Below are positions 30,210-40,166 of a stretch of 64,000 nucleotides of DNA, piece after piece. Made by a program: the position numbers and the translations under genes. The notes under the pieces were generated by a model that searched no databases, was not told the DNA's origin, and saw nothing but the letters and a program-made list of their open reading frames with translations. Numbering within the stretch: position 1 is the stretch's first letter; every line of letters begins with the position of its first letter. Source of the DNA: a plasmid; sequence record AP029160.1; one strand, given 5' to 3'.

Positions 30210-30763
30210 AATTTAATATTATTTATTAAATTATGATTATATTAAAAAAATATTGATTTTATCGTCAAAATATTTCTGAGTACTTGTTTAAAAAATCTTA
30301 AGTTGCAAATTAAATTTTTAGTATGAGTTAGCAGTCAATTGACTGCTAAGAAATTTGATTTTTTAGCTCTTCTGAAATATTTTAAAGACTTACTGAACTA
30401 GGCTTGTGGTCTAAAAATAAAATTTAGATTGTGAACAAGTTAAAGCTTCTTGAAACGCTCGTCTCTAGCATTAGGGGTAATCTGCAACAAGGGTACTTCT
30501 ATGTAAGTATTTTTTTTGATAGCTCATCTGCCAAGTGCGGGGGTTCCTGAATATTCAGGCCAAAAGTCTAACAAAGAAAAAGTTATCATTGCATTTCAAT
30601 GGTAACTCTTAAAAACCGAAAAAACATTATCCTACTTTTTCCCTTTTTCGTTCCAACCACTTTTTAGCCCTCCTTGTGCAAAAAATTTTTCTAACATAGA
30701 ATGCATACCATTGTAATTGTTACAAAATAGAAAATTTTTTTTGCACACAAAAGGAGGAATTTT

Positions 30764-31171
30764 GTGAGATCAATTGTGAAGTTAATCGCAGTTTGCTCAA
30801 CATTAGCTTTGAGTCATCCAATATTTGCAAATACCAATATTGGTATTAATGTTGGTAATCATTACTTTGGTATAAGTCATTATCATAGTAATGGTGATCA
30901 TTATTATGGTGGTGGTGTCTACTTTGGAGGAAAATACTATGATGCGGTAGGTGGATATTACTTTAATGGTATTTATTATGATGCCTACGGCGGATATTAC
31001 TATAATGGTGGTTACTATACTTCTTCAGGAGTTTTCTTTGGAGGTATTGGTGGATATTATAAAGGAGGTCTCTTCTTCGATATTTATGGTGGATATTATA
31101 GTGTAGAAGGCTACTATTATGTCCCATATGGTGGTTATTACGATCAATATGGTATTTACCATGCTAGTTAA
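30764..31171 (+). CDS. secreted Gly/Tyr-repeat protein (135 aa)
   Basis: Signal peptide, then repeated GGYY / YYDAxGGYY units. GGAGG RBS. Confidence 0.5.
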   Translation: MRSIVKLIAVCSTLALSHPIFANTNIGINVGNHYFGISHYHSNGDHYYGGGVYFGGKYYDAVGGYYFNGIYYDAYGGYYYNGGYYTSSGVFFGGIGGYYKGGLFFDIYGGYYSVEGYYYVPYGGYYDQYGIYHAS

Positions 31172-31285
31172 TTCTGTTCTATTGCAAATAATTAAGAGTT
31201 ATTTTTAATTACAATGAAAACTCTTCTTTTGCTAGAATTTTGATCAGTATATCTGAAAAGCCCCAAATGTAGAAAGAGAAAAGCC

Positions 31286-31312
31286 CCACTCTAAGAATGG
31301 GGCTTTTTTATT
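31286..31312. terminator. bidirectional rho-independent terminator
   Basis: aaaagcccca-ctctaagaa-tggggctttttt. Confidence 0.6.
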
Positions 31313-31427
31313 TGTCTTGTAAATTTTGGAAAGTTTGACAGTCAATTGACTGTCATGAGGTTTGAGTTTTCCCTTTAAAGTTAAAAAAAAGCCCCAACAA
31401 AGCTGAGACTTTGTGAACTGCTCGACC

Positions 31428-32792
31428 CTAAAGGGAGCGAGCTTCTGAAGTCATAGGAATCAGCGGATTAGATTGCTCTAATCTCGTCTTACATATTCCT
31501 CGTCCAGCTTTACTTCGGCTAATTCCTAGCCTAGTTCTCGTCTTAGCTTTCGGCTTTGACAAAAGAAATTGAACACCTCTTTTTGCTATTATTTTTGCTG
31601 CATTGATATCAGCATTGTCATGATTTCCGCATAATAGACATAAGAAATTATCTTGTGTTTTTCTATTATCGGCGTGAGTGTGGCCACAATTGGCACATTC
31701 TTGACTAGAATAATGAGGTGAAACTTTTATAACTAATTTCCCATATTTTTTAGCTTTATATTCTAAAAATTCTATTGTTTTTGCTAATCCTTTAGAGAGT
31801 AATTCTCTATTTAACCCCGCCTTGGCCTTTCTCATATTTGGCAAATAATTTCCATTTTCATCTTGCTTTGGCTTAGGAGATTTTGTCATATTTTTTAGTT
31901 TTAAATCTTCTACTGCAAATATTTTTGCCTCAGAATTTGCAATAGAATGTGAGACTTTATGACAAAAATCATGTCTTATATTACTTATTTTAGAATGAAT
32001 TTTGGCAATTCTATTTTTTGTTTTATTTCTACTTGTAGATCCTTTTTTCTGACGTGCTAATTTTCTTTGGTATTTTTTTAACTTTTTTTGCTTAAGTTTA
32101 ATTTGATTTTTTAACTTATCATCGAAATCATAACAAGATTGATTGCTAGTTTGAAATGGAATTACGATACCTCGATCAATTCCAACGGTTAGAGTATTTA
32201 GTGATGTTTCATCTAAATTGGAATACTCATCCAATAATTCTTGCTCTGATTTTCCTGTATCTTCTACTTCATAACAGAAAGATACATACCATTTTTTATT
32301 TTTCTTACCAATTACAATTTGTTGAGGATTTCCAAATTCTCTATGCGCTTTAAATTTTAAAACACCCAAACTATTTTTCTTAGTACCAATTATAAGATTT
32401 TTTAAAACAACTCCATCATCGCTTATTTCATCTTTAAATTTAAATAATTCACTTGTAAGCAATACAGTATCTTTTATTCCTTTTTTCTTTTTGCGTGGAT
32501 TATTAGCTATTCCTTTAAAGAAACGTTGTTTTGCTGTATACCAAATAGAAGATGCATTACGCAAAACTTGAGAAGGACATTGATTTAACCACTCTCTTTC
32601 ATCATTTTTAAAATGAGAATAGGCTTGATTAATAGATATTTTATCGCCAGTACTTTTAAAAATGTTATAATTTTGATTATCTTCTGACACTTTGCAATTA
32701 TAAATTACTCTAGCACAACCTATCCATTGAGAAAGTATGTGAACTTGCTCAGCGGTTGGATATGCTCTAAATTTTACACCACAATTTGCCAT
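31428..32792 (-). CDS. tnpB: TnpB (RuvC-like RNA-guided nuclease, IS605 OrfB family)
   Basis: N-terminus MANCGVKFRAYPT, C-terminal zinc finger CANCGH...CLLCG. The 3' end overlaps the RE hairpin. Confidence 0.85.
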   Translation of the reverse strand: MANCGVKFRAYPTAEQVHILSQWIGCARVIYNCKVSEDNQNYNIFKSTGDKISINQAYSHFKNDEREWLNQCPSQVLRNASSIWYTAKQRFFKGIANNPRKKKKGIKDTVLLTSELFKFKDEISDDGVVLKNLIIGTKKNSLGVLKFKAHREFGNPQQIVIGKKNKKWYVSFCYEVEDTGKSEQELLDEYSNLDETSLNTLTVGIDRGIVIPFQTSNQSCYDFDDKLKNQIKLKQKKLKKYQRKLARQKKGSTSRNKTKNRIAKIHSKISNIRHDFCHKVSHSIANSEAKIFAVEDLKLKNMTKSPKPKQDENGNYLPNMRKAKAGLNRELLSKGLAKTIEFLEYKAKKYGKLVIKVSPHYSSQECANCGHTHADNRKTQDNFLCLLCGNHDNADINAAKIIAKRGVQFLLSKPKAKTRTRLGISRSKAGRGICKTRLEQSNPLIPMTSEARSL

Positions 32793-32839
32793 AAGTTCTC
32801 CTTAATGCTAATCTAGCATTCGTTTATTTTGGAGTCAAT

Positions 32840-33316
32840 ATGGATCATAAAAATTACGAGTGGAGAACAGGAAGAAGCCAAATATATAAGCATTATTATC
32901 ATTTAGTATTTGTTACAAAATACAGACGTAATGTTTTCACAAATGAAATACTTGAAAGAGTTAAAGTCATTTTTAAAGAAACATGTGAGCAAATTGATTG
33001 TGAGCTAATTGAATTTAATGGTGAAGATGATCATATACATATTCTTATCAGCATTCCTCCAAAACACTCTGTTGCAGTTGTTGTTAGTAAATTAAAAGGA
33101 AAATCATCATACTTTATTAGAAAAGAATTCTGGGATCATATTAAGAAAAAACTATGGGGAGAGCACTTCTGGAGCCCTAGTTATTGCTCTGTTACTTGTG
33201 GAGGAGCTCCTCTAGACGTCATAAAAAAATACATTGATGACCAAAGAAAGCCATCTTCTGAAAAAGGGGTCGCTCAATCAATTCGTGAAAGAAAAGTACG
33301 TTTGCGAGCGGACTAA
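32840..33316 (+). CDS. tnpA: IS200-type HUH transposase TnpA
   Basis: HxH motif DHIHILISIPP. Catalytic Tyr region WSPSYCSVTCGG. Confidence 0.85.
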   Translation: MDHKNYEWRTGRSQIYKHYYHLVFVTKYRRNVFTNEILERVKVIFKETCEQIDCELIEFNGEDDHIHILISIPPKHSVAVVVSKLKGKSSYFIRKEFWDHIKKKLWGEHFWSPSYCSVTCGGAPLDVIKKYIDDQRKPSSEKGVAQSIRERKVRLRAD

Positions 33317-33430
33317 TAGGTTTAAAAAAAAGCACTGATGTGTTTTTTTAAACCTCCGTTCACTACGCCGACAACAGTTCAAACGGCCTTGACTCGCCCC
33401 TAAAGGAGCGAGAATGCGGCCTTGTTTTAT

Positions 33431-33742
33431 TCAATCCGTAAAAACAATATGTGCTTTTTTCCCATTACAATAAGCAATATGTGCAATGGTTTCTAACGTA
33501 AGATTACCTGAGCCTTTGAGGATTTTTGAGGCCATGGATAAACTCAAATCGTGCTCTTTGGCAAAACTTCTAAACCCAAGATTATTTTCAGCCATCACTT
33601 TTGAAACGAATTTAGAGATATCTTCTTGAAGAAGCCTTAACGTTTCCAATTCTTGCTCTGCTTCTTTGTCTGCTGCGGCCATTTCTTCTTCTGAAAGAAA
33701 CTCTTTAAAGACATCATCCACATTTTTAAGTCGTATAGTCAT
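33431..33742 (-). CDS. HigA-like HTH (XRE) antitoxin
   Basis: Downstream of, and overlapping, the HigB-like gene. The HTH region is LSLSMASKILKGSGNLTLETIAHIA. Confidence 0.55.
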   Translation of the reverse strand: MTIRLKNVDDVFKEFLSEEEMAAADKEAEQELETLRLLQEDISKFVSKVMAENNLGFRSFAKEHDLSLSMASKILKGSGNLTLETIAHIAYCNGKKAHIVFTD

Positions 33743-34130
33743 GAATGCCCTCCTTTAATAATTTATTCCTTCGAGCTTTTGCTCGCTCGATATCTGCTTT
33801 TTGCGTGGATTTATCACCTACAATTAAGATCACCGTTAAGGTGTTATCGATAAATGTGTAATAAATCCGAAACCCACTGCTTAAGTCCCTGAGTTCGTAA
33901 ACCCCTTCCCCTAAAAATTTAGAGGCAGGAGAACCGAGTTCTCTTCCTTGTAGCTGCAACATTCTGATAAGTTTTCTGATTTTTTTAGCATCGTTTTTAT
34001 CTTTCAAGCTTTTTAAAAACTCAGATAAAACATCTTGTTTGCCGTCCTCGCAATATGCTTTCACTTCAATTTCCACAGCAACCACTCCTTGTTGTTCGGC
34101 ATAAGAGAATGATACTTTATAAAGAATCAC
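33726..34130 (-). CDS. HigB-like (Gp49/RelE-ParE superfamily) toxin
   Basis: LGEGVYELRDLSSGFRIYYTF...ILIVGDKSTQKADIERA. Confidence 0.6.
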   Translation of the reverse strand: MILYKVSFSYAEQQGVVAVEIEVKAYCEDGKQDVLSEFLKSLKDKNDAKKIRKLIRMLQLQGRELGSPASKFLGEGVYELRDLSSGFRIYYTFIDNTLTVILIVGDKSTQKADIERAKARRNKLLKEGIHDYTT

Positions 34131-34499
34131 TTGTCAAAGGGTTTTCGCTGAAAGTGTTGCTATTATATCAACAATTCCCCTAATTTAAATGTACAAAAAA
34201 CACTTAAAACTTCCACGCTCCCCACACAACATAATGGGAGTTATCATAACTGACTTGGTAAATGCTCTATTTTTAGGCGGTTACTCTGCCAGTATAGTAG
34301 CAAGATTGAAATTTTTTTAGGCCAGAACTTGATGGTTTGATAGCAAACAAAACGGATTGACTGATACAATATATTATACTACTATAAAGTATATCAGGAG
34401 GATGTCGATGTGATAGAGGAATAGGAACTCACGTTTTGGTCAGAAGGAGAAAGTTCTCCGCCCGTACAAGAATGGCTCGATGATTTAACTCAGGAACAG

Positions 34500-34745
34500 T
34501 TGAAAGCAATTTCAAAAGAGCTGATGCTTTTAAAAAAAGCTGGGAATAAATTACGTATTCCTCATAGTAAACCTATAGATACTAGTTTGTTTGAATTGAG
34601 AGAGCGGCGTTTTGGCTACAGAGTTTATTATACCTTCGACAAAGGGAAGATTATCATACTCATTGCTGCTGGGGATAAGAGTTCTCAAAAAAGAGACATC
34701 AAAATAGCTCGTGAACGTCTCGCAAAATTAAAAGGCGGTAAGTAA
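34500..34745 (+). CDS. HigB-like toxin paralog, N-terminally degraded (TTG start; an upstream ATG is out of frame)
   Basis: FELRERRFGYRVYYTF...ILIAAGDKSSQKRDIKIA. Homologous to 33726..34130. RBS+ATG at 34402 hits a stop after 3 codons. Confidence 0.45.
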   Translation: MKAISKELMLLKKAGNKLRIPHSKPIDTSLFELRERRFGYRVYYTFDKGKIIILIAAGDKSSQKRDIKIARERLAKLKGGK

Positions 34746-34747
34746 AC

Positions 34748-35110
34748 ATGAAAGTAAAAAATTTTAATGACTATCTCAAAACAAGACTTAACGAATCTGA
34801 AATTGCTGAAATTGAAGCTCAAGCAGAAAGAGAGTTTCAAGCATTAAAAGCACTACAACAAGGTGTTGCACAGGCTATCAATGCTTACATGAAAAAAGAA
34901 AACATCGGATTTAATGACATGGTTAGAAAACTTGATATTAGTCCTTCAAAACTCTCTAAAATTCAAAAAGGAGAAGCGAATCTGACTCTTGCGAGTATTG
35001 CTCACATTGCAGCATTGCTAAAACAAAAACCTATTGTTAATTTTAAAGATGATGAAAAAGAAAATGATTTTCAAATCTACGAATCAAAATTTCACGGTAA
35101 AACATTTTAG
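34748..35110 (+). CDS. HigA-like HTH antitoxin paralog
   Basis: LSKIQKGEANLTLASIAHIA. Starts 3 bp after the toxin paralog. Confidence 0.55.
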   Translation: MKVKNFNDYLKTRLNESEIAEIEAQAEREFQALKALQQGVAQAINAYMKKENIGFNDMVRKLDISPSKLSKIQKGEANLTLASIAHIAALLKQKPIVNFKDDEKENDFQIYESKFHGKTF

Positions 35111-35166
35111 AGAGGTGAGCTAAGTAAGGCTGGAATTCAGTGACAAGGGCTCCATCTACTTGCCCT

Positions 35167-35664
35167 TTAAAATCCCCAATCCCCTATTGAATTAATGTAA
35201 ATAAAAGAATCAGATTGATTATCTACTTTAATAAGTTTATCAGCTTCAATTCTTTTGTCTTCAATTAATTTATCAACATGAATTTGATTTAATTTAAATG
35301 CACTAAACATATTTTGTTTTTGATCTACATAACAAGAATGTCCTCCAGTGGCAGGTCCATTACGTTTAATGGAAATGCTTTCGTATCTAGGAGTTCCTCC
35401 ACAAATTTCAATACAAATTTTATCTAAGGATTCAAATATTTTATGCCTAGCCTCCCTATCTTTAAAACTTCCTCTACAAATCATTTGGTGTTCTTGTTCA
35501 TCATAATTAACTCCTGAAGCTTCCGAACCTATTAAACTATCTGATGTATTTAAACAAGAATTTATCCATTCTGCGGAGCATTTTGAAAGTTCTGCATTTG
35601 CTATAATTGGAGTAAAAAAAGAAGATAAAAGAGCTGTTGCATTGAATAATAATTTAACTTTCAT
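35167..35664 (-). CDS. secreted Cys-containing hypothetical protein
   Basis: Signal peptide ...IANA. Seven Cys. Confidence 0.35.
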   Translation of the reverse strand: MKVKLLFNATALLSSFFTPIIANAELSKCSAEWINSCLNTSDSLIGSEASGVNYDEQEHQMICRGSFKDREARHKIFESLDKICIEICGGTPRYESISIKRNGPATGGHSCYVDQKQNMFSAFKLNQIHVDKLIEDKRIEADKLIKVDNQSDSFIYINSIGDWGF

Positions 35665-35943
35665 TGATTCCTCTTTATAAGAAAAAATACATATAATTTC
35701 TAAATTTTACTTTTTCAGTAAAGATCGTAAGTATTTTTTTATTATGGCAATAAATTAAATAGGTTCAATCCAAAAAAATAAATTGCTTTTACTTTTAAAA
35801 GAATACTTTCTTAACCTAAAAAGCTTTCGATCGATATCATATAAAAATATAATTTTCAAATTAATCACAGTTATTTAATTATAAAAATTATATTTTAAAA
35901 TAAAATTAAAAATATTAATTAAAATAGAAGTTGTCCAACATAA

Positions 35944-36459
35944 TTATGCTACCAAGTAATCATTATGAATATTGAATTTCTTGATAAATATTAAGCAATG
36001 TGCCATCCAAATAAAATCCTCAAATAGTTTAGGATTTCTTTCATATCGAACATTGACCTTTCGATAATTTTTTAAATGTGCATTTGTTCTTTCCACTATA
36101 TATCGTTTTTTTAACCTTCGTGCTTCTCGACCATCTTGGGTTATGTTTTTACGATTTAGTTTATGATAAGCAACAAGGGTTACTCCCATCTTTTTACACT
36201 TCATATCTAACTTATCTGAGTCATATGCTCGATCACCCAAAATATATTTAGGCATTGTGTGTGAAATAGAATTTTTTAAAGTTTTTATTAGCAATTGAGA
36301 TTCATGAGGATTAGCAGAGTCAATGTGAAGAGAAATCAATAAACCCTCTTTATCTACCATTTGCATGACTTTTGTGCCTTTTCCTACTTTAGTATTTCCA
36401 ATCTTACTGCCACTCATTGCAGCTTTTACAAAAGTTCCATCTACTACAAAAGTATTCAA
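35944..36459 (-). pseudogene. IS5-family (IS427/IS1031 group) transposase, C-terminal half; 5' half lost at the Tn insertion
   Basis: GDRAYDSDKL...YIVERTNAHLKNYRKVNVRYERNPKLFEDFIWMAHCLIFIKK. The frame stays open into the transposon TIR. Confidence 0.65.
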
Positions 36460-36702
36460 ATTTTCATTGAAATTCTTGGTATATATTTCAAAAAGTATCT
36501 GATAGGTATCTGTTACGGCTCACGAACATCGGAGGGTCTGGATCGCAATCAAAGACAAATTGGGCTCAAATTAAATGCGAATACAAAACTCTTCAAACTC
36601 ACTTTAAATGCGAATGAGCTCATTCGCAAAGCACTCGGGATCGCAATCATCAACTTTGACTCACTTTAAATGCGAATGAAAAATTGCTTTAAAAGCAAAT
36701 TA

Positions 36703-37686
36703 TTATCTTGTTGCTCCAATTGTAATACCAAGATGCGTTAGCTCTTCATCAATTTCATGAGCTCTTCCAGCTGGTAATCTTCCTTTTTGATAATCTTTTA
36801 TTTCTGAAACAGATACTCCAATACTTTCTGATAGTCGACCTATTGGATAACCTTGTCGTGTTAATCGTGATTCTAAAGAATCAAAGTTTTTTCCAATTAC
36901 ATCACAAACCGTATTTTCTGAAATAGGTTTTTCAGCAGTTAAATATCCTTCTGATAAAACCCTCCATGTGTAACATTCCATTTCTAAAGGTGTTTTAAGC
37001 TTTGAAATAAGAGCTTTTCTAGCTCCAGCAGTGAAGATATCTGAGATTTTAACATTTGGTTCAAGACAAGAAGAAAGCATCCAATCAAAAAACTTTTCCT
37101 CACATCCATCAATTCCCTTCATAATAACATGCTGGGTTCGCATTCCTATTTCTTGCATAGATGCTCTGTGGAGTTCAAATTTTAATCTAGGATGCCCTAC
37201 AAGGACAATGGCAAGCCTTCCTCCAGCTTTGGAAATAAGTTCCATTAATCTTTTGAGTTCTATAAGTGTCTGCATTGGAAGATCATGTTCTTCGTCTATA
37301 AATATTGCTACGGGCACGTTACGTCTTGTAATCAACTTTTGTATTTGCCTCATTCTGAGCTCAGTACGCTTATGAAGAGTAATAGTGTCTTCATCTGCCA
37401 GATCTGCAACCATGGCATCGATTAAGGTATTTAAATTAACTTTATTTTTATCAATTGAAAGACTAGATACAACAAGGATGTTCCCCTCTTTCTCTAAATC
37501 GATCATTATTCTGTGTAGTGAGCTTGTTTTTCCCACCCCAATCGGACCTGTTAAAGCAATGAGATCTCCTGATGGCATATATTTTTTAAGATCTTCAAAC
37601 ATTGGACCATAGCTTTCATCCACAAAATATCCTGCATTTTTAAGTTCTTTTGTTAAGCCGTAGTATTGCATCATTTCAATTATCAT
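36703..37686 (-). CDS. tniB: TniB-like AAA+ ATPase
   Basis: Walker A GPIGVGKTS, Walker B IFIDEEHDL. Confidence 0.75.
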   Translation of the reverse strand: MIIEMMQYYGLTKELKNAGYFVDESYGPMFEDLKKYMPSGDLIALTGPIGVGKTSSLHRIMIDLEKEGNILVVSSLSIDKNKVNLNTLIDAMVADLADEDTITLHKRTELRMRQIQKLITRRNVPVAIFIDEEHDLPMQTLIELKRLMELISKAGGRLAIVLVGHPRLKFELHRASMQEIGMRTQHVIMKGIDGCEEKFFDWMLSSCLEPNVKISDIFTAGARKALISKLKTPLEMECYTWRVLSEGYLTAEKPISENTVCDVIGKNFDSLESRLTRQGYPIGRLSESIGVSVSEIKDYQKGRLPAGRAHEIDEELTHLGITIGATR

Positions 37687-37696
37687 TTTTACATCC

Positions 37697-38893
37697 TTAT
37701 GAACTTTCTTGCCTAAGATTTAGTTCCTGTTGAATCCATTCGAGGATTTTGTCTTTTTCTAAGGTCTTTGACAAGAAGCTATGAAGATCATTTAATTTTT
37801 CTAGAGATAGTTTTCCTAGTGGTATACCTATAGTGTGAGCAATGAACTTTCTTGCGGCATATTCTGAAGGGAATCGAATTTCGTTAAATGGGTCAGGATC
37901 AACAAAAGGACGCATACGGATGGTTTCTGAAGGTAAACTTTTATTTTCATTGTTTGCAGGAAGATGAATTGTATCCATAGTTTCTCTTGGTATAGATAGT
38001 TCGTTCGCTATTTTTTCTATTTTATCAATTCTTCTTTCAGCTTCTGTTTTTTTATAAGATCTGTATTTATTTAATTGCAACGGGTAGCCTGTTTGCTGGA
38101 AAGGGCCGTATTTTGCTCCTTCAAATTCTATAAAAATGTCCGTTTCTAATAAACCATTCCAAACAATTACTGTTTTTCCCATTAACTCATGATCAACGGA
38201 ATAAATAATACCATCAAGAGAAATAGTACAATCAGAATTCACTGTTCTTTCAACTGGTTCTCTAACAAGAGAAGAAAAGCGCTCCCATGAGCACATTTGT
38301 CGAATTCCTTCTTCAGGGATATTTTTAATCCAATCCTCAATTCGAGAGCATTCTTGGCTACGATGAGGCATCTGTGAATAGCGAATTAAAAACGGGAAAA
38401 GCCATTTATTAGCTTCTTTTTCATCTTTTGGTTTATGGAAATGGTATAAAGTTTCATGAAGCTCTTTGACAGTACGAAATGGTCTTTCAACTTTTCCCTT
38501 TGATCTTGCGGTAATTCTTCTACCATCCGAATTTCTAGGCATATGGCATCTCAATTCGATTCCTAAATTTTGCATCGCTCGTTGAAAAATCGCACTTTTT
38601 GCGATGGGTCCATTATCCATATAAATAACCTTTGGGATGCCTTGAAAAGGAAAATTCTCATTCTCTTTTTTTGACATAGCATTAAATAAAAACATTAATG
38701 CTGCAATAACATCTTCTCCATAAACAACATGATATTCTTGATAAGAAACTCCACTCCTGTCATCAACAACACTGTAAAGCATTAGTATTGCTTTACCATG
38801 CTTAGGATCCACCCATTCTGGCATTATTTCTATATATTTAAGTAGTTTTCGTAGATTAATTAAGGCTTCTTGTGGAATTAGTTTCCGATTCAT
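37697..38893 (-). CDS. tniA: TniA/MuA-like DDE transposase
   Basis: rve core VIYMDNGPI ... GKVERPFRTVK. Confidence 0.8.
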   Translation of the reverse strand: MNRKLIPQEALINLRKLLKYIEIMPEWVDPKHGKAILMLYSVVDDRSGVSYQEYHVVYGEDVIAALMFLFNAMSKKENENFPFQGIPKVIYMDNGPIAKSAIFQRAMQNLGIELRCHMPRNSDGRRITARSKGKVERPFRTVKELHETLYHFHKPKDEKEANKWLFPFLIRYSQMPHRSQECSRIEDWIKNIPEEGIRQMCSWERFSSLVREPVERTVNSDCTISLDGIIYSVDHELMGKTVIVWNGLLETDIFIEFEGAKYGPFQQTGYPLQLNKYRSYKKTEAERRIDKIEKIANELSIPRETMDTIHLPANNENKSLPSETIRMRPFVDPDPFNEIRFPSEYAARKFIAHTIGIPLGKLSLEKLNDLHSFLSKTLEKDKILEWIQQELNLRQESS

Positions 38894-39501
38894 GAAAACC
38901 CCACTAAATTTTTATTTAAAGCTTTAAAAGAAGAATAATTTTTCATTATATCATAATAAGTGCTTCTGGATATCCGAAATTTCTTGCAAAGATCGCTAAC
39001 TGTTCTTTCCCCTTTACAGGACTCAACTATCAAAGAGCTAATATCTAGTTCTCCCAATGCTTTAGGACGCCCCCTTCCTTTCATTTTTCCTTGTGCTTTT
39101 GCAATTGCAACACCTTCTCTTACCCTTTCGCAAATGATATCTCTTTCTAACTGAGCAAATACAGCCATGATTCCTACCATTGCTTGGCTAAAATGATCGT
39201 CTTTTGTGGAATCAATGGCTGGTTCAGAGAGCGATTTATAAGCTATTTTTCTTTGTGAAAGATCTTCTAGAGTCTTCATAATCCCAGAAAGCGTTCTTCC
39301 TAATCTATCAAGCCGATAGACAAAAAGAGTATCTCCTTTTTGTAACTTTGCTAAAAGGGACTTAAGTTGGGGCCTTTCCATGCTTTTTCCCGTAGCGACT
39401 TCTGATATGATTTCTTGGGCCCCAGCTGCTTTTAAGGCTTTAATTTGTAAAGATAAATTTTGATCTGAAGTTGAAATCCGAGCATAACCATAAATTCCCA
39501 T
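38890..39501 (-). CDS. serine recombinase/resolvase (start placed at MGIYGYARIS)
   Basis: GYARISTSDQ catalytic motif. C-terminal HTH. Confidence 0.75.
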   Translation of the reverse strand: MGIYGYARISTSDQNLSLQIKALKAAGAQEIISEVATGKSMERPQLKSLLAKLQKGDTLFVYRLDRLGRTLSGIMKTLEDLSQRKIAYKSLSEPAIDSTKDDHFSQAMVGIMAVFAQLERDIICERVREGVAIAKAQGKMKGRGRPKALGELDISSLIVESCKGERTVSDLCKKFRISRSTYYDIMKNYSSFKALNKNLVGFS

Positions 39502-39687
39502 TTTGGCCTCATTTTTTGGACAGGGTTTTTCGGACATAAAAAATCTAGTAAATTCAATACATGAAAACAAGTACTCTTGGTTGTAGTCAAAGATACCTCA
39601 TATTTTTTGAAATTGTTTCGAATATTTCTAATATTGCATTTATTTCGTTTATGTGGTAGAATATGCTGTGAGTTAAGAAAGGATATT

Positions 39688-40164
39688 ATGAAAATAAGCA
39701 CTCTAACATTGATAGAAGAATATACACCAACAGTTGAGGATACTAAAAAAGCTGAAATTGTAATTAAAGATATTTCTAATTTCAGTGAAAAGAAAAAGAT
39801 TAAAAATCTTGAGCTTGCGTTAAACTTCCAAGGTAATATAAAGAATTTACAACTTCCATTAAGTATTATGCCATTTTTAATGGATATATTAAATGAAGTT
39901 GCTCATGGAAATTCAGTTACTATTGTGCCATTTAATAAGGAATTTACAACGCAAGAAGCAGCGGATATTTTAAACGTATCACGCCCATTTATTATTAAAA
40001 TTCTTGAGTCAGGACAAATACCATTTCATAAAGTTGGTGCACACAGAAGAATCAAAGCAAAAGATATTATGGCATTCAAGAAAAAAATGAATAAAAAAAG
40101 TAAAGATGCACTTGAAAAATTGGCAAAAATTTCTCAAGAAGATAAACTTGGTTATGAAGACTAA
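39688..40164 (+). CDS. HTH (excisionase/MerR-like) DNA-binding protein, putative antitoxin
   Basis: FTTQEAADILNVSRPFIIKILESGQIPFHKVGAHRRI. Start at MKISTL with RBS. Begins 3 bp before the PIN gene. Confidence 0.5.
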   Translation: MKISTLTLIEEYTPTVEDTKKAEIVIKDISNFSEKKKIKNLELALNFQGNIKNLQLPLSIMPFLMDILNEVAHGNSVTIVPFNKEFTTQEAADILNVSRPFIIKILESGQIPFHKVGAHRRIKAKDIMAFKKKMNKKSKDALEKLAKISQEDKLGYED

Positions 40165-40166
40165 AA

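Larger units (their letters stand above)
31395..33425 (-). mobile_element. IS200/IS605-family element (divergent tnpA/tnpB)
   Basis: Subterminal hairpins CTCGACCCTAAAGGGAGCGAG (31421-31441) and CTCGCCCCTAAAGGAGCGAG (33393-33412). HUH TnpA plus TnpB. Confidence 0.8.

Noticed and set aside
36460-36511. Considered whether a 5-bp target-site duplication flanks the Tn5053-like element (GGTAT vs TTAAC).
   Set aside because: The flanks do not match. The insertion was probably accompanied by a deletion of the IS5 5' half, so no TSD is claimed.
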